DNA of 64,000 nucleotides from an uncultured Lentisphaeria bacterium (GCA_964508765.1 CAZDVD010000010.1:14595-78594), one strand, 5' to 3'; positions 1 to 9,436 are shown, counted from the stretch's first letter. Notes: generated by a model from the letters alone, not told the origin. Numbers and translations are program-made.

Positions 1-794
1 TCCTACGTTGCCTGCCGAAACATAATATCGCTGACAAGGTGACACAGCATATACGCAAAAGTGGTCTCTATGATCAGAAGCTCGAGATGTATAAAATCAA
101 TGAATCCTTGACGGATCAGCCTATGGAAATTGGCCGTGCTCGTACCTTTTCACCAGGGTGGTTTGAGAACGAATCAATCTGGTTGCATATGGAATACAAG
201 TATATGCTCGAGATGCTTCGGAATGGTCTTTATGAGACTTTCTATGAAGATTTTCGTAAGGTCTTTATCCCCTATCTCAACCCTGAAGTTTATGGCAGAA
301 GCATCCTGGAAAACTCATCCTTTCTGGTAAGTAGTGCCAATCCTAATCCTGGTCTACATGGCGGTGGCTTTGTGGCACGCTTGAGTGGTGCTACAGCAGA
401 ATTCATCCACATTCTCATAGAAATGACAGTGGGATCCAGCCCCTTCTTTGTGACCGATGAGGGTGAGTTAAATTTTGGAGTCAAACCTGTCCTTCCAGGT
501 TGGCTATTCACCGATAAAGAACAAAGCATAAATCTAACCAACCAGGGTAGGACCCAATCGCTGGCTATCCCTGCGAACAGTTTCAGCTTTATGTTTCTCG
601 GTGATATCTTGATTAGTCTCATCAACCCAAATAGAAAGAATACGTATGGGTCTGATCGCGTTTCTCCTGCGGAATGGACGCTCTATGATGACGCTGGCAA
701 TGTTCAACATATTAGCGGTTCCAGTCTTGATAGTGATACGGCCTTAAAAATTCGATCTAAGAAGATAAGACGTATCGAAATTGCACTTACATAA
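1..794 (+). CDS. 3' part of a gene entering from upstream: C-terminal region of an (alpha/alpha)6-barrel glycoside phosphorylase/hydrolase-like protein (GH94/GH149/GH161-type clan). The family cannot be resolved.
   Basis: The frame is open from nt 3 through the listed Met at 39, so the gene is 5'-truncated by the window edge. Blocks FENESIWLHMEYKYMLEMLRNG, LSGATAEFIHILIEMTVG and KPVLPGWLF occur in the same order as ENGGVYTHAATWAIWAFALQG, YTGSATWLYKMISERILGI and DPAIPAEWKQ of the GH94 protein at 16939-19332. Confidence 0.45.
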   Translation, partial: LRCLPKHNIADKVTQHIRKSGLYDQKLEMYKINESLTDQPMEIGRARTFSPGWFENESIWLHMEYKYMLEMLRNGLYETFYEDFRKVFIPYLNPEVYGRSILENSSFLVSSANPNPGLHGGGFVARLSGATAEFIHILIEMTVGSSPFFVTDEGELNFGVKPVLPGWLFTDKEQSINLTNQGRTQSLAIPANSFSFMFLGDILISLINPNRKNTYGSDRVSPAEWTLYDDAGNVQHISGSSLDSDTALKIRSKKIRRIEIALT

Positions 795-830
795 TTCAAT
801 AAATACAAACCTTCTTATGGGGAGTTCGTC

Positions 831-2663
831 ATGAGCAAATATGAGCATCAAATCTCAGAATTAATGTCCAAAATGAACCTGGATCAGATGGTTGGACAAC
901 TCGTTCAACCTGAACGTCAATTTGTGACACCTGAGCAGGTCAAAAAATATCATATCGGTTCAGTTCTTAGTGGAGGTGGTTCCGTTCCAGGAGACAATAA
1001 GCCTGAGGATTGGATTGCCATGAACGATGAATATTGGGCAGCCTCCATGGAAGCAGACGATGAACATCTCGCTATTCCCATTGTGTATGGAGTAGATGCC
1101 ATTCACGGTAACTCAAATGTGACGGGAGCAGTGGTATTCCCCCATAATATTGGTCTTGGTGCAGCTAAAGATCCTGATTTACTGGAGCGTATCGCGAAAG
1201 CAACAGCCCGGGAAATTGCAGTCACTGGTGTGGAGTGGACATTTGCACCAACCCTGGCCGTGGCAAGAAATAGCCATTGGGGTCGTACCTATGAAAGCTA
1301 CAGCGAAGACCCAGCAATCGTCTCTGAATATGCACCTCGTTTTGTTACCGGACTTCAGGGAGATCTCGGTGAAGAAAGCGTTATCGCCTGTGTAAAACAC
1401 TTTGTTGGAGATGGTGCTACAGTTCATGGAATCGACCAGGGTGATGCTCAGATAGATGAAGAGGAATTGCGACGTCTGCATATCCCTCCCTATCAGGCAG
1501 CCATTGGTGCAGGTGTACTTACTGTCATGGCATCCTTAAATAGCTGGAATGGGCTTAAGTGTCATGAACACCGCTACCTCCTCACAGACCTTCTGAAAGA
1601 TGAATTAGGTTTTAAAGGTTTTATCGTCTCGGATTGGGATGGTATTGATTGTCTGGCAGAAGATTTTGGCAAAGCAGTAGAACTTGGATTGAATTCTGGT
1701 ATGGACATGTTCATGGTCACTGAAAAGTGGGAAGAATTTATCCAGCATACCAAAGCGCTTGTTCTTGGCGGCAGAGTTCCCAGGAAACGTCTGGAGGATG
1801 CCGTCAGAAGGATACTCCGAGTTAAATTCGAATTTGGTCTATTTGACAAACCAAGACCAGCAGATCGCAAGCTCTCAAAACAGACTGAAATTTTTGGTTC
1901 CAAAGAACATCGTGAAGTAGCCCGTGAGGCCGTACGCAAATCTCTGGTTATGTTGAAGAATGATGATGCACTCCTTCCTCTTGGAAAAGATGCCCGGATT
2001 CTGGTAGCAGGTAAAAATGCCAATAATCGCGGCCATCAATGTGGTGGATTTACGGTTAACTGGCAGGGAGCTACCTCAAATGAAGAGATTCCTGGCGGAC
2101 AATCCATCTGGGAAGGTATTCAGGCAGTGGCTCCAGGAGCTGTTTTGAGTGAAGACCTTGCTGGCAATGAAGCCAATCCAGATGACTACGATGTGGCCAT
2201 GGTGGTCATTGGAGAAACACCGTATGCTGAGATGATGGGTGATATTCGAGTCCCAGGTTTGTTGCAGGAATATTCGACCTTCCCCAATAGTACACCCATT
2301 CCCATTGACGATACTGAAGTGGCAGAAGTCTATGCTAGCAATCTATATCTACACGAAATGCATCCTGAGGATATTGCAACTATCGAAAATATTACCTCGC
2401 GCGGCATTCCCGTCGTGACAGTGATGGTATGCGGTCGTCCTCTGGTTGTTGAAAAGGAGTTAGAGGCCTCCTCAGCCTTTGTGGTGGCCTGGTTGCCTGG
2501 ATCTGAAGGACAGGGTGTCGCTGATGTTCTATTTGGAGATTTTGACATCCAGGGGAAACTGAGCTTTTCCTGGCCAAAATATGACAATGAAAATTGGAAC
2601 GTGGGTGATGAAGGTTATGACCCGCGCTTCCCCTATGGCTTTGGACTCGGATACGATAAGTAA
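831..2663 (+). CDS. GH3 beta-glucosidase / exo-beta-glucanase; no signal peptide, so probably cytoplasmic
   Basis: 610-aa ORF with a GGGGAG RBS. GH3 hallmarks are GVDAIHGN, WGRTYESYSEDP, KHFVGDG and GFKGFIVSDWDGI (the nucleophile Asp lies in the SDW context). The N-terminus MSKYEHQISELMSK is not signal-like. Confidence 0.9.
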   Translation: MSKYEHQISELMSKMNLDQMVGQLVQPERQFVTPEQVKKYHIGSVLSGGGSVPGDNKPEDWIAMNDEYWAASMEADDEHLAIPIVYGVDAIHGNSNVTGAVVFPHNIGLGAAKDPDLLERIAKATAREIAVTGVEWTFAPTLAVARNSHWGRTYESYSEDPAIVSEYAPRFVTGLQGDLGEESVIACVKHFVGDGATVHGIDQGDAQIDEEELRRLHIPPYQAAIGAGVLTVMASLNSWNGLKCHEHRYLLTDLLKDELGFKGFIVSDWDGIDCLAEDFGKAVELGLNSGMDMFMVTEKWEEFIQHTKALVLGGRVPRKRLEDAVRRILRVKFEFGLFDKPRPADRKLSKQTEIFGSKEHREVAREAVRKSLVMLKNDDALLPLGKDARILVAGKNANNRGHQCGGFTVNWQGATSNEEIPGGQSIWEGIQAVAPGAVLSEDLAGNEANPDDYDVAMVVIGETPYAEMMGDIRVPGLLQEYSTFPNSTPIPIDDTEVAEVYASNLYLHEMHPEDIATIENITSRGIPVVTVMVCGRPLVVEKELEASSAFVVAWLPGSEGQGVADVLFGDFDIQGKLSFSWPKYDNENWNVGDEGYDPRFPYGFGLGYDK

Positions 2664-2682
2664 TCGAAGAGGATTGAGACTC

Positions 2683-3792
2683 ATGAAATCTAGATCAATC
2701 ATACTGCTGCTATCTCTCTTTGCCCTGCTCGTGGCTTGTCATCATATCTCGGTAGTTCCAGAGCCGATTGCTGAAACAGCTACACTTACTACCATTCAAC
2801 CAGCTGCTGATTCGGCTGTATACTTAAAAGAGGTCCCTTTTGTTAAGCGCTCTTTCTCACCCTATATCGGTGAAAAATGGATTGGCAATGCCATTTCATA
2901 TGGGTGTTATCGTGAAGGACAAGCTCCAGGTGTGCAAGGAGCCAGCGAAGCCGAGATACTGGAAGATCTCAATATCCTCAAAGAACACTGGAATCTCATT
3001 CGTATCTATGGCTCTGACGATGATGCAGAACGTATCCTCAAGGTCATTCATGAGAACAAACTGCCTTTCAAAATGATGCTTGGTATCTGGCTCGAGAATG
3101 AAACCAAACATCCCGAACGTAAAGTTCTCAACGAAGAACAAGTGAAGAAAGCCATTGAACTGGCCAATCGTCATAGGGATATCGTTGCAGCAGTTAATGT
3201 AGGTAATGAATCTCAGGTATTCTGGTCATGGCACCGCATGGAAGTCGCTTCACTGATCAAATACATCCGTACGGTAAGAGCAAATATTGTACAACCTGTG
3301 ACAACAGCAGACGACTACAATTTCTGGAACAAGCCGGAGAGTCAAGAGGTTGCAGATAAGCTTGATTTTATTGCCCTGCATGCCTACCCCCTGTGGAATG
3401 GCCTTCAACTTGAAAATGCCATGCATTGGGCCGACAGTGTGTATCAGGATATTCAAATCAAACATCCTGAAATGACCGTTGTCCTGAGCGAGATCGGCTG
3501 GGCTACCATTTATAATCCAGAAAAAACAGGGCCAGGTGAACAAGGCGCCCTGATCAAGGCTGAAGTCAGCCTGCAAGCTCAGGAGAAATTTTTGATTGAG
3601 CTGAACGCATGGATCAATGAAAATCAGGTCTCAACCTTCATGTTTGAGGCCTTCGACGAACCCTGGAAGGGTGGTGGGGATCAATCCGGTCCCGACGAAG
3701 TCGAAAAACACTGGGGTGTCTATAATAGTGATCGAACTCCCAAAGAATCACTCGTTAATTATCAAATCGAGGTAAATAAAAACCCTGAATAA
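2683..3792 (+). CDS. GH17-like endo-beta-1,3-glucanase lipoprotein
   Basis: I prefer the internal ATG at 2683, which gives MKSRSIILLLSLFALLVAC (lipobox Cys). The listed start at 2581 overlaps the GH3 gene. GH17-type motifs are NVGNES (acid/base), LSEIGWAT (nucleophile) and C-terminal FEAFDEPWKGG...EKHWGVY. Confidence 0.75.
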   Translation: MKSRSIILLLSLFALLVACHHISVVPEPIAETATLTTIQPAADSAVYLKEVPFVKRSFSPYIGEKWIGNAISYGCYREGQAPGVQGASEAEILEDLNILKEHWNLIRIYGSDDDAERILKVIHENKLPFKMMLGIWLENETKHPERKVLNEEQVKKAIELANRHRDIVAAVNVGNESQVFWSWHRMEVASLIKYIRTVRANIVQPVTTADDYNFWNKPESQEVADKLDFIALHAYPLWNGLQLENAMHWADSVYQDIQIKHPEMTVVLSEIGWATIYNPEKTGPGEQGALIKAEVSLQAQEKFLIELNAWINENQVSTFMFEAFDEPWKGGGDQSGPDEVEKHWGVYNSDRTPKESLVNYQIEVNKNPE

Positions 3793-3891
3793 CTAGTAGA
3801 AGTGATTGATTAATAATCACTCAGGAAGGAGTTGAAAAAACAGGTTTTTTCTAGGTGAACTGTATCATAAATCAACTGAAATGGAGAAAAT

Positions 3892-5232
3892 ATGAAGTTT
3901 AAAGTGACAATCTTAATTGTATTAAGCTGTTTATTATCAATGGGAAGTATGGCATTTGCACAGAACGCGCCTATTGACTTTGAAACAGCCGGAAACGGTG
4001 CGAGTTGGACCTGGGCAACCTTTGAAAACGATTCCAATCCACCGCTGGGGATCGTTGCAAATCCCGACGCCTCAGGAGCAAACACCTCTGCTACTGTGGC
4101 CTCATTCACTGCTTTAACCACGGGACAAGCCTGGGCTGGTGTTGAATCGCTGCATGGTGCAGATATTGGACCATTTAGTTTTGATGCCACCAACAGCACT
4201 GTCAAAATCATGGTTTATAAACCTGTGATCAGTGATGTGGGTATCAAATTCGCTGAATCCAGCGGTGAAGCCCAACTTGAGACAAAAGTTGCCAATACGC
4301 TGATTAACGAATGGGAAGAGCTGACTTTTGACCTTTCTGGTAGCATCGGTGCGGGTATCACTGGAATTGTTGATCAGATAATCGTATTCCCTGATTTTCA
4401 AACCAGGACTTCTGACAATATTTGTTACTTTGATAATATCACCTTTTCTGAAGGTGGCGGTGGCGGACTAGGCGGTTCACCAGAAGTGGCTGCTCCAACA
4501 CCAAATGATGATGCAGCAGGCGTAATTTCAGTCTTCAGCGATGCCTATACGAATATTAACGGGGTCAACCTGAATCCGGGTTGGGGACAGGCGACTGTGG
4601 TTACTGAGGTAGCTATTGCAGGCAATAATACCCTGCTTTATACCGGTTTGAATTACCAGGGTACAGAATTTACAGCCCAAAATGTTTCAGGGATGACCTA
4701 CCTGCATTTGGATTATTGGACTGATAATTCCACGGCCCTGAACTTTTTTGTAATCAGCCAGACACCAACTGTGGATAGTGACTATCATGCATTTTCCATT
4801 ACTTCCGGGGAATGGGTGAGTCTTGATATCCCCTTGACAACCTATCCAAATGTAGATCTCACTGATGTTTTCCAGTTTAAAGTTGAAGGAAATGGAAGCG
4901 TATATTGGGATAATATCTACTTCCATTCAAATCCTGTTGGGATTGACAGCAAAAATGAGACACTTCCCTATGGATTTACACTTGAACAAAATTTCCCGAA
5001 TCCCTTCAATCCCTCTACAACCATCCGTTTCAGCCTTGAGCATTCAGCACATGTCACGTTGAAAGTATTTAATGTTGCTGGACAGGAAGTTGCCTTCCTG
5101 CTTGATGGATCTTCAAATTCGGGGAATCATGCAATTCAGTTTAATGCGAATAATCTCGCAGCTGGGACCTATTTTTATGCACTGACAGTTGGACAGCAGA
5201 ATAGTGTGAAAAAGATGGTACTTATCAAATAA
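3892..5232 (+). CDS. Secreted CBM-like two-module protein with a T9SS type-A-like C-terminal sorting domain
   Basis: Signal peptide MKFKVTILIVLSCLLSMGSMAFAQ. The first beta-sandwich-like module is homologous to the triplicated module of the next gene. The C-terminus reads EQNFPNPFNPSTTIRFSL...GTYFYALTVG...KKMVLIK. GGAGA RBS. Confidence 0.8.
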   Translation: MKFKVTILIVLSCLLSMGSMAFAQNAPIDFETAGNGASWTWATFENDSNPPLGIVANPDASGANTSATVASFTALTTGQAWAGVESLHGADIGPFSFDATNSTVKIMVYKPVISDVGIKFAESSGEAQLETKVANTLINEWEELTFDLSGSIGAGITGIVDQIIVFPDFQTRTSDNICYFDNITFSEGGGGGLGGSPEVAAPTPNDDAAGVISVFSDAYTNINGVNLNPGWGQATVVTEVAIAGNNTLLYTGLNYQGTEFTAQNVSGMTYLHLDYWTDNSTALNFFVISQTPTVDSDYHAFSITSGEWVSLDIPLTTYPNVDLTDVFQFKVEGNGSVYWDNIYFHSNPVGIDSKNETLPYGFTLEQNFPNPFNPSTTIRFSLEHSAHVTLKVFNVAGQEVAFLLDGSSNSGNHAIQFNANNLAAGTYFYALTVGQQNSVKKMVLIK

Positions 5233-5243
5233 TATTGTATTAT

Positions 5244-5278
5244 AGCCAACCAGTATTTTTTCTTTTTACTGGTTGGCT
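5244..5278 (+). terminator. Hairpin downstream of the 3892-5232 gene (probable intrinsic terminator)
   Basis: A 12-bp perfect stem, AGCCAACCAGTA / TACTGGTTGGCT, with a T-rich loop, 12 nt after the stop. The 3' tail UAUAUUAU is only moderately U-rich. Confidence 0.55.
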
Positions 5279-5382
5279 TATATTATCGCCCACCTTTAAA
5301 TCAAAGGGAGGTAATTGAAGAATCATCGGACACAATTTTTGAAAATATTTTAGTAAAATCAATCAACTAAATTGGAGGATGT

Positions 5383-8300
5383 ATGTGGCGTAAATTGATA
5401 CTAATGTTTACAGTTTTGTCTTTGACTGTAGGTTTTGGACAAAACCTGGTGGTCAACGGCGATTTTGAGGCCTGGACAGCTAATGCTCCAGACTCATGGA
5501 CAACTATTGAATCAGGAATTACTCTCAATGCGGAGGATACCCCTGCATTTGTTCATGGTGGAACCTATTCCATGGCAACCGAGGTCACCACAGGTGATCA
5601 GGGTGTAACAGATTTCCGGCAATCGGTCGATGTTGTCGCTGATGAAACCTATGATATTTCTGTATGGGTTTATCATGCAGATAATGAAGTACAGGCAAGA
5701 CTCTATGTTGGTGACTATAAAAATTATTCAGACAACACCATCGTGGGTGCCTGGCAGGAAATGACCTATAGTTACACTGCCACAACTACAGGAAGCATCG
5801 AAGTTGGTCTTCGCTTTTATGACCAGGCTAGTTTTGATGTTTCTTCAACTGTTTATATTGATGATTATACCATGGTTGTTGGCGTTCCCCCAGTACCAAC
5901 AGCCTATACAATTACTGAGATTCAAACTCCTGATACAGGTGGGGACCTTTCACAGTATAATGGTGAATTTGTTGAAACCAGTGGTGTCGTAACAGCTATG
6001 GGTAGCTATTTCTATTTTATCCAGGATGGAACTGCTGATTATTCTGGTATTTACATTTATGAAGATTCAGATGCCCTGACACTTGGTGATGATGTCACCG
6101 TCGTTGGTACCGTTGCTGAATATAATGGACTTACACGAATAGAATCAGTTACAGATGTAACGATAAACTCATCCGCTAATACATTACCTGCTGCCAGAGT
6201 TTTAACAACTGGAATGGTTGCTGCTGAAATTAATGAAGGCATGTTAATAGCCACAGAAGGAACCTGTACTGCAGTTTCTGATGATCCAGGTAGTGATCGC
6301 TGGTTATTTCAGCTCGATGATGGGTCAGGCGCTGCCTATTCAGATGATGCGATTTTTACAGTTGCTCCCATTGTTGATAATTCTTATACACTTACGGGAC
6401 CCCTTACCTACTATTATAGCAATTATCAGATTTTGGCTCGTGATGCTGCTGATGTTGTTGGCGACTTCGCAGTACCAACAGCTTATACCATTACAGAGAT
6501 CCAAACTCCTGATGCAGGCGGTGATGCTTCCCAGCATGTTGAAGAATTAATTGAAACCAGTGGTGTTGTAACGGGCCTGGGTGGTTATTACTTTTTTATC
6601 CAGGATGGAACCGCTGATTATTCTGGTATTTACATTTATGAAGATTCAGATGCCCTGGCTCTTGGTGATAACGTAACTATAGTTGGGACAGTTGAAGAGT
6701 ATTATGGCCTGACTCGCATTGAGTCTGTATCGGAGCAAACTATCAATTCATCAGGTAATGCTTTACCAGATGCTAGAGTTTTGACTACGGGAATGGTTGC
6801 TGCTGAAATTAATGAAGGCTTGCTGGCTACAACGTCAGGAACCTGTACCGCATTTTCAACTAACCCTGGTGGTGACTATTGGTTATTTCAACTTGACGAT
6901 GGTTCAGGCGTTGCCTATGGTGATGATGGAATCTTTGCTCCCACATTTACTGTTGATAATGACTACCAAGTCACTGGACCAGTAACTTACTCACGTGATC
7001 ACTATCAAATTTTAGTACGTGATGCTGATGATGTGATCGAAACAATTCCCGGACCTTATGTTCCTGTTGATTTTGAAGTAGGAGGCTATGGTGCTGACTG
7101 GGCCTGGACAGTAGGTGAAAATGGTACAGATCCAGCTCTGGAGATTATTGCTAATCCAGTAAGTGGTGGTATGAATACCTCTGCGACTGTGGCAAAATTT
7201 ACAGCATTACTAACTGGACAACCCTGGGCTCTATTCCATTCAGATGGTATTGGTCTATTTACTTTTGACGCCACCAACTCCACTGTAAAAATAATGGTCT
7301 ATAAGCCGGTTATCAGTGATGTAGGTATGAAATTCGAGGGCGCAGGTGCCGTTTTAGAGCTTAAGGTTCCCAATACGCTCACCAACGAGTGGGAGGAATT
7401 AACCTTCGATTTTTCAAGTCTCATAGGGAGTGCCTATAGTAAAATCGTAATTATTCCTGATTTTGATTTTACTCCAAGAACTCAGGACAACATTGTCTAT
7501 TTGGATAATATTGCCTTCTCGGAACAAGTTATTATTGTAGAACCGGGACCCTATGCTCCTGTTGATTTTGAAGCAGACGGTAATGGTGCAGACTGGGCCT
7601 GGACAGTAGGTGAAAATGGTACAGATCCAGCGCTGGAGATTATTGCTAATCCAGTAAGTGGTGGTATGAATACCTCTGCGACTGTGGCAAAATTTACAGC
7701 ATTACTAACTGGACAACCCTGGGCTCTATTCCATTCAGATGGTATTGGTCTATTTACTTTTGACGCCACCAACTCCACTGTAAAAATAATGGTCTATAAG
7801 CCGGTTATCAGTGATGTAGGTATGAAATTCGAGGGCGCAGGTGCCGTTTTAGAGCTTAAGGTTCCCAATACGCTCACCAACGAGTGGGAGGAATTAACCT
7901 TCGATTTTTCAAGTCTCATAGGGAGTGCCTATAGTAAAATCGTAATTATTCCTGATTTTGATTTTACTCCAAGAACTCAGGACAACATTGTTTATTTGGA
8001 CAATATTGCTTTCTCTGAAGAAATTGTTGTTGAACCAGATCCAGGTTTATTCTTTTCTGAATATACAGAGGGAAGTGCTGGCAATAACAAATATGTAGAA
8101 ATCTATAATCCTACCGAGGCTGATATAGATCTCTCATCCTATTCTGTTCAGGGATCGAACAATGGATCCGTATGGGGAGCTAGTGGAAATAGAGATGTAA
8201 GCCTTACCGGAACCCTGGCTGCAGGCGACGTATATGTTATAGCAGCAGATGAGGCCAACGCCGATATATTAGCTCTAGCCGATTTGGCACTGGCCTATGA

Positions 8301-9372
8301 AAGTCCAGTACATCACAATGGCAATGATGGTATCGCTTTGCTCAAAGATGGCTTGATTGTCGACGCCATTGGAGTTGATAATGTTGATCCTGGAGTTGCT
8401 TGGGATGTAGCCGGTGTTGTTGAAGCAACCAAAGATCACACCTTGATTCGAAAAGATGATGTGATGTTTGGAAACATCGGTGACTGGGCCATGTCCGCAG
8501 GAACTGATGCGGCGAATTCACAGTGGATTGTTGCTGATCCAGCAACAAATGATTTTACACCACCTACACTGGGATGGCATATTATCCCACCAGTAATTCC
8601 TGGCCCCCATGTTCCTGTTGATTTTGAAGTCGATGGTCATGGTGCTGACTGGGCCTGGACAGTAGGTGAAAATGGTACAGATCCAGCGCTGGAGATTATT
8701 GCTAATCCAGTAAGTGGTGGTATGAATACCTCTGCGACTGTGGCAAAATTTACAGCATTACTAACTGGACAACCCTGGGCTCTATTCCATTCAGATGGTA
8801 TTGGTCTATTTACTTTTGACGCCACCAACTCCACTGTAAAAATAATGGTCTATAAGCCGGTTATCAGTGATGTAGGTATGAAATTCGAGGGCGCAGGTGC
8901 CGTTTTAGAGCTTAAGGTTCCCAATACGCTCACCAACGAGTGGGAGGAATTAACCTTCGATTTTTCAAGTCTCATAGGGAGTGCCTATAGTAAAATCGTA
9001 ATTATTCCTGATTTTGATTTTACTCCAAGAACTCAGGACAACATTGTCTATTTGGATAATATTAGTTTTAATTCAACAACTACTGGTATTGAGGACAATC
9101 AAATCCCCGATAATTTTGCACTCAAGCAAAACTATCCAAATCCATTCAATCCTTCCACAACCATACGTTACAGTTTGATTGAATCAGGACAGGTTGTCTT
9201 GAAGCTTTATAATATCACCGGCCAGGAAGTAGCAACTCTAGTTGATGCTATGTCCAGTGCTGGTGAGTATTCATATTACTTCAATGCTAGCGATCTTGCT
9301 GCAGGAACATATCTATACTCCTTAACAGCAGGTAATCAGACTATTGTGAAAAAGATGGTACTTATCAAATAA
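5383..9372 (+). CDS. 1329-aa secreted mosaic surface protein. Domain order: CBM4/9-like N-domain, 2x nuclease-type OB-like module, 2x CBM-like module, lamin-tail domain, 1x CBM-like module, T9SS CTD.
   Basis: GGAGGA RBS and a signal peptide. N-domain NLVVNGDFEAW. ITEIQTPD...FFIQDG...SGIYIY...GD.VT.VGTV.EY.GLTRIES occurs twice, as in ExeM/NucH-type N-terminal modules. LTD motif FFSEYTEGSAGNNKYVEIYNPTEADIDLSSYS...HHNGNDGIALL. CTD NYPNPFNPSTTIRYSL...KKMVLIK. Confidence 0.85.
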   Translation: MWRKLILMFTVLSLTVGFGQNLVVNGDFEAWTANAPDSWTTIESGITLNAEDTPAFVHGGTYSMATEVTTGDQGVTDFRQSVDVVADETYDISVWVYHADNEVQARLYVGDYKNYSDNTIVGAWQEMTYSYTATTTGSIEVGLRFYDQASFDVSSTVYIDDYTMVVGVPPVPTAYTITEIQTPDTGGDLSQYNGEFVETSGVVTAMGSYFYFIQDGTADYSGIYIYEDSDALTLGDDVTVVGTVAEYNGLTRIESVTDVTINSSANTLPAARVLTTGMVAAEINEGMLIATEGTCTAVSDDPGSDRWLFQLDDGSGAAYSDDAIFTVAPIVDNSYTLTGPLTYYYSNYQILARDAADVVGDFAVPTAYTITEIQTPDAGGDASQHVEELIETSGVVTGLGGYYFFIQDGTADYSGIYIYEDSDALALGDNVTIVGTVEEYYGLTRIESVSEQTINSSGNALPDARVLTTGMVAAEINEGLLATTSGTCTAFSTNPGGDYWLFQLDDGSGVAYGDDGIFAPTFTVDNDYQVTGPVTYSRDHYQILVRDADDVIETIPGPYVPVDFEVGGYGADWAWTVGENGTDPALEIIANPVSGGMNTSATVAKFTALLTGQPWALFHSDGIGLFTFDATNSTVKIMVYKPVISDVGMKFEGAGAVLELKVPNTLTNEWEELTFDFSSLIGSAYSKIVIIPDFDFTPRTQDNIVYLDNIAFSEQVIIVEPGPYAPVDFEADGNGADWAWTVGENGTDPALEIIANPVSGGMNTSATVAKFTALLTGQPWALFHSDGIGLFTFDATNSTVKIMVYKPVISDVGMKFEGAGAVLELKVPNTLTNEWEELTFDFSSLIGSAYSKIVIIPDFDFTPRTQDNIVYLDNIAFSEEIVVEPDPGLFFSEYTEGSAGNNKYVEIYNPTEADIDLSSYSVQGSNNGSVWGASGNRDVSLTGTLAAGDVYVIAADEANADILALADLALAYESPVHHNGNDGIALLKDGLIVDAIGVDNVDPGVAWDVAGVVEATKDHTLIRKDDVMFGNIGDWAMSAGTDAANSQWIVADPATNDFTPPTLGWHIIPPVIPGPHVPVDFEVDGHGADWAWTVGENGTDPALEIIANPVSGGMNTSATVAKFTALLTGQPWALFHSDGIGLFTFDATNSTVKIMVYKPVISDVGMKFEGAGAVLELKVPNTLTNEWEELTFDFSSLIGSAYSKIVIIPDFDFTPRTQDNIVYLDNISFNSTTTGIEDNQIPDNFALKQNYPNPFNPSTTIRYSLIESGQVVLKLYNITGQEVATLVDAMSSAGEYSYYFNASDLAAGTYLYSLTAGNQTIVKKMVLIK
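5891..7048 (+). repeat. Intragenic tandem duplication, 2 x 579 bp (193 aa), diverged copies
   Basis: CAGTACCAACAGC(C/T)TATAC starts each unit, at 5891 and 6470. The protein units VPTAYTITEIQTPD... are alignable throughout with many substitutions. Confidence 0.85.
7048..8019 (+). repeat. Intragenic tandem repeat, 2 x 495 bp (165 aa), near-identical at the DNA level
   Basis: GACTGGGCCTGGACAGTAGGTGAAAATGG begins at 7096 and at 7591. The cores (about 7096-7497 and 7591-7992) differ at a single position that I could find (agctctg versus agcgctg). Identical antisense shadow ORFs appear in the ORF track. Confidence 0.9.
8599..9075 (+). repeat. Third near-identical copy of the 495-bp unit, separated from copy 2 by the lamin-tail-domain segment
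   Basis: The same core restarts at 8647, 1056 bp after copy 2. Antisense shadow ORF 8637..8834 encodes the same peptide as the first 65 aa of 7551..7778; it differs from 7086..7283 at one residue (SSAG versus SRAG). Confidence 0.9.
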
Positions 9373-9402
9373 GGTTCTATCTGCAATATTCAGATTGAAT
9401 AT

Positions 9403-9436
9403 AAAAAGCCCCCCAGAATTCTGGGGGGCTTTTTTG
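9403..9436 (+). terminator. Rho-independent terminator of the 1329-aa gene
   Basis: AAAAAGCCCCCCAGAATTCTGGGGGGCTTTTTT: a 10-bp GC-rich stem, an AATT loop and a T5 tail. Confidence 0.85.

Noticed and set aside
130-625. ORFs 130..330 (+) and 290..625 (-), which overlap the partial phosphorylase-like gene
   Set aside because: They are alternative-frame or antisense shadows inside a longer ORF that has recognisable homology. They have no RBS and unremarkable composition.
1150-2587. Several 60-150-aa ORFs on both strands inside the GH3 gene (for example 1574..2023 on the minus strand)
   Set aside because: They are shadow ORFs within a confidently identified GH3 coding sequence.
2581-2682. The listed upstream start (2581) for the GH17-like gene
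   Set aside because: It would overlap the GH3 gene by 83 nt and add a non-signal N-terminus. The ATG at 2683 gives a clean lipoprotein signal peptide.
3802-3851. Inverted repeats GTGATTGATTAATAATCAC and GAAAAAACAGGTTTTTTC after the GH17-like gene, as a terminator or operator
   Set aside because: Both are A/T-only or short stems with tiny loops. They may act as a weak terminator, but the evidence is too thin to list as a feature.
7048-9075. A possible CRISPR or non-coding tandem array, suggested by the identical repeated shadow ORFs
   Set aside because: The repeat unit is 495 bp, in frame and coding (a CBM-like module). There is no short repeat/spacer organisation.
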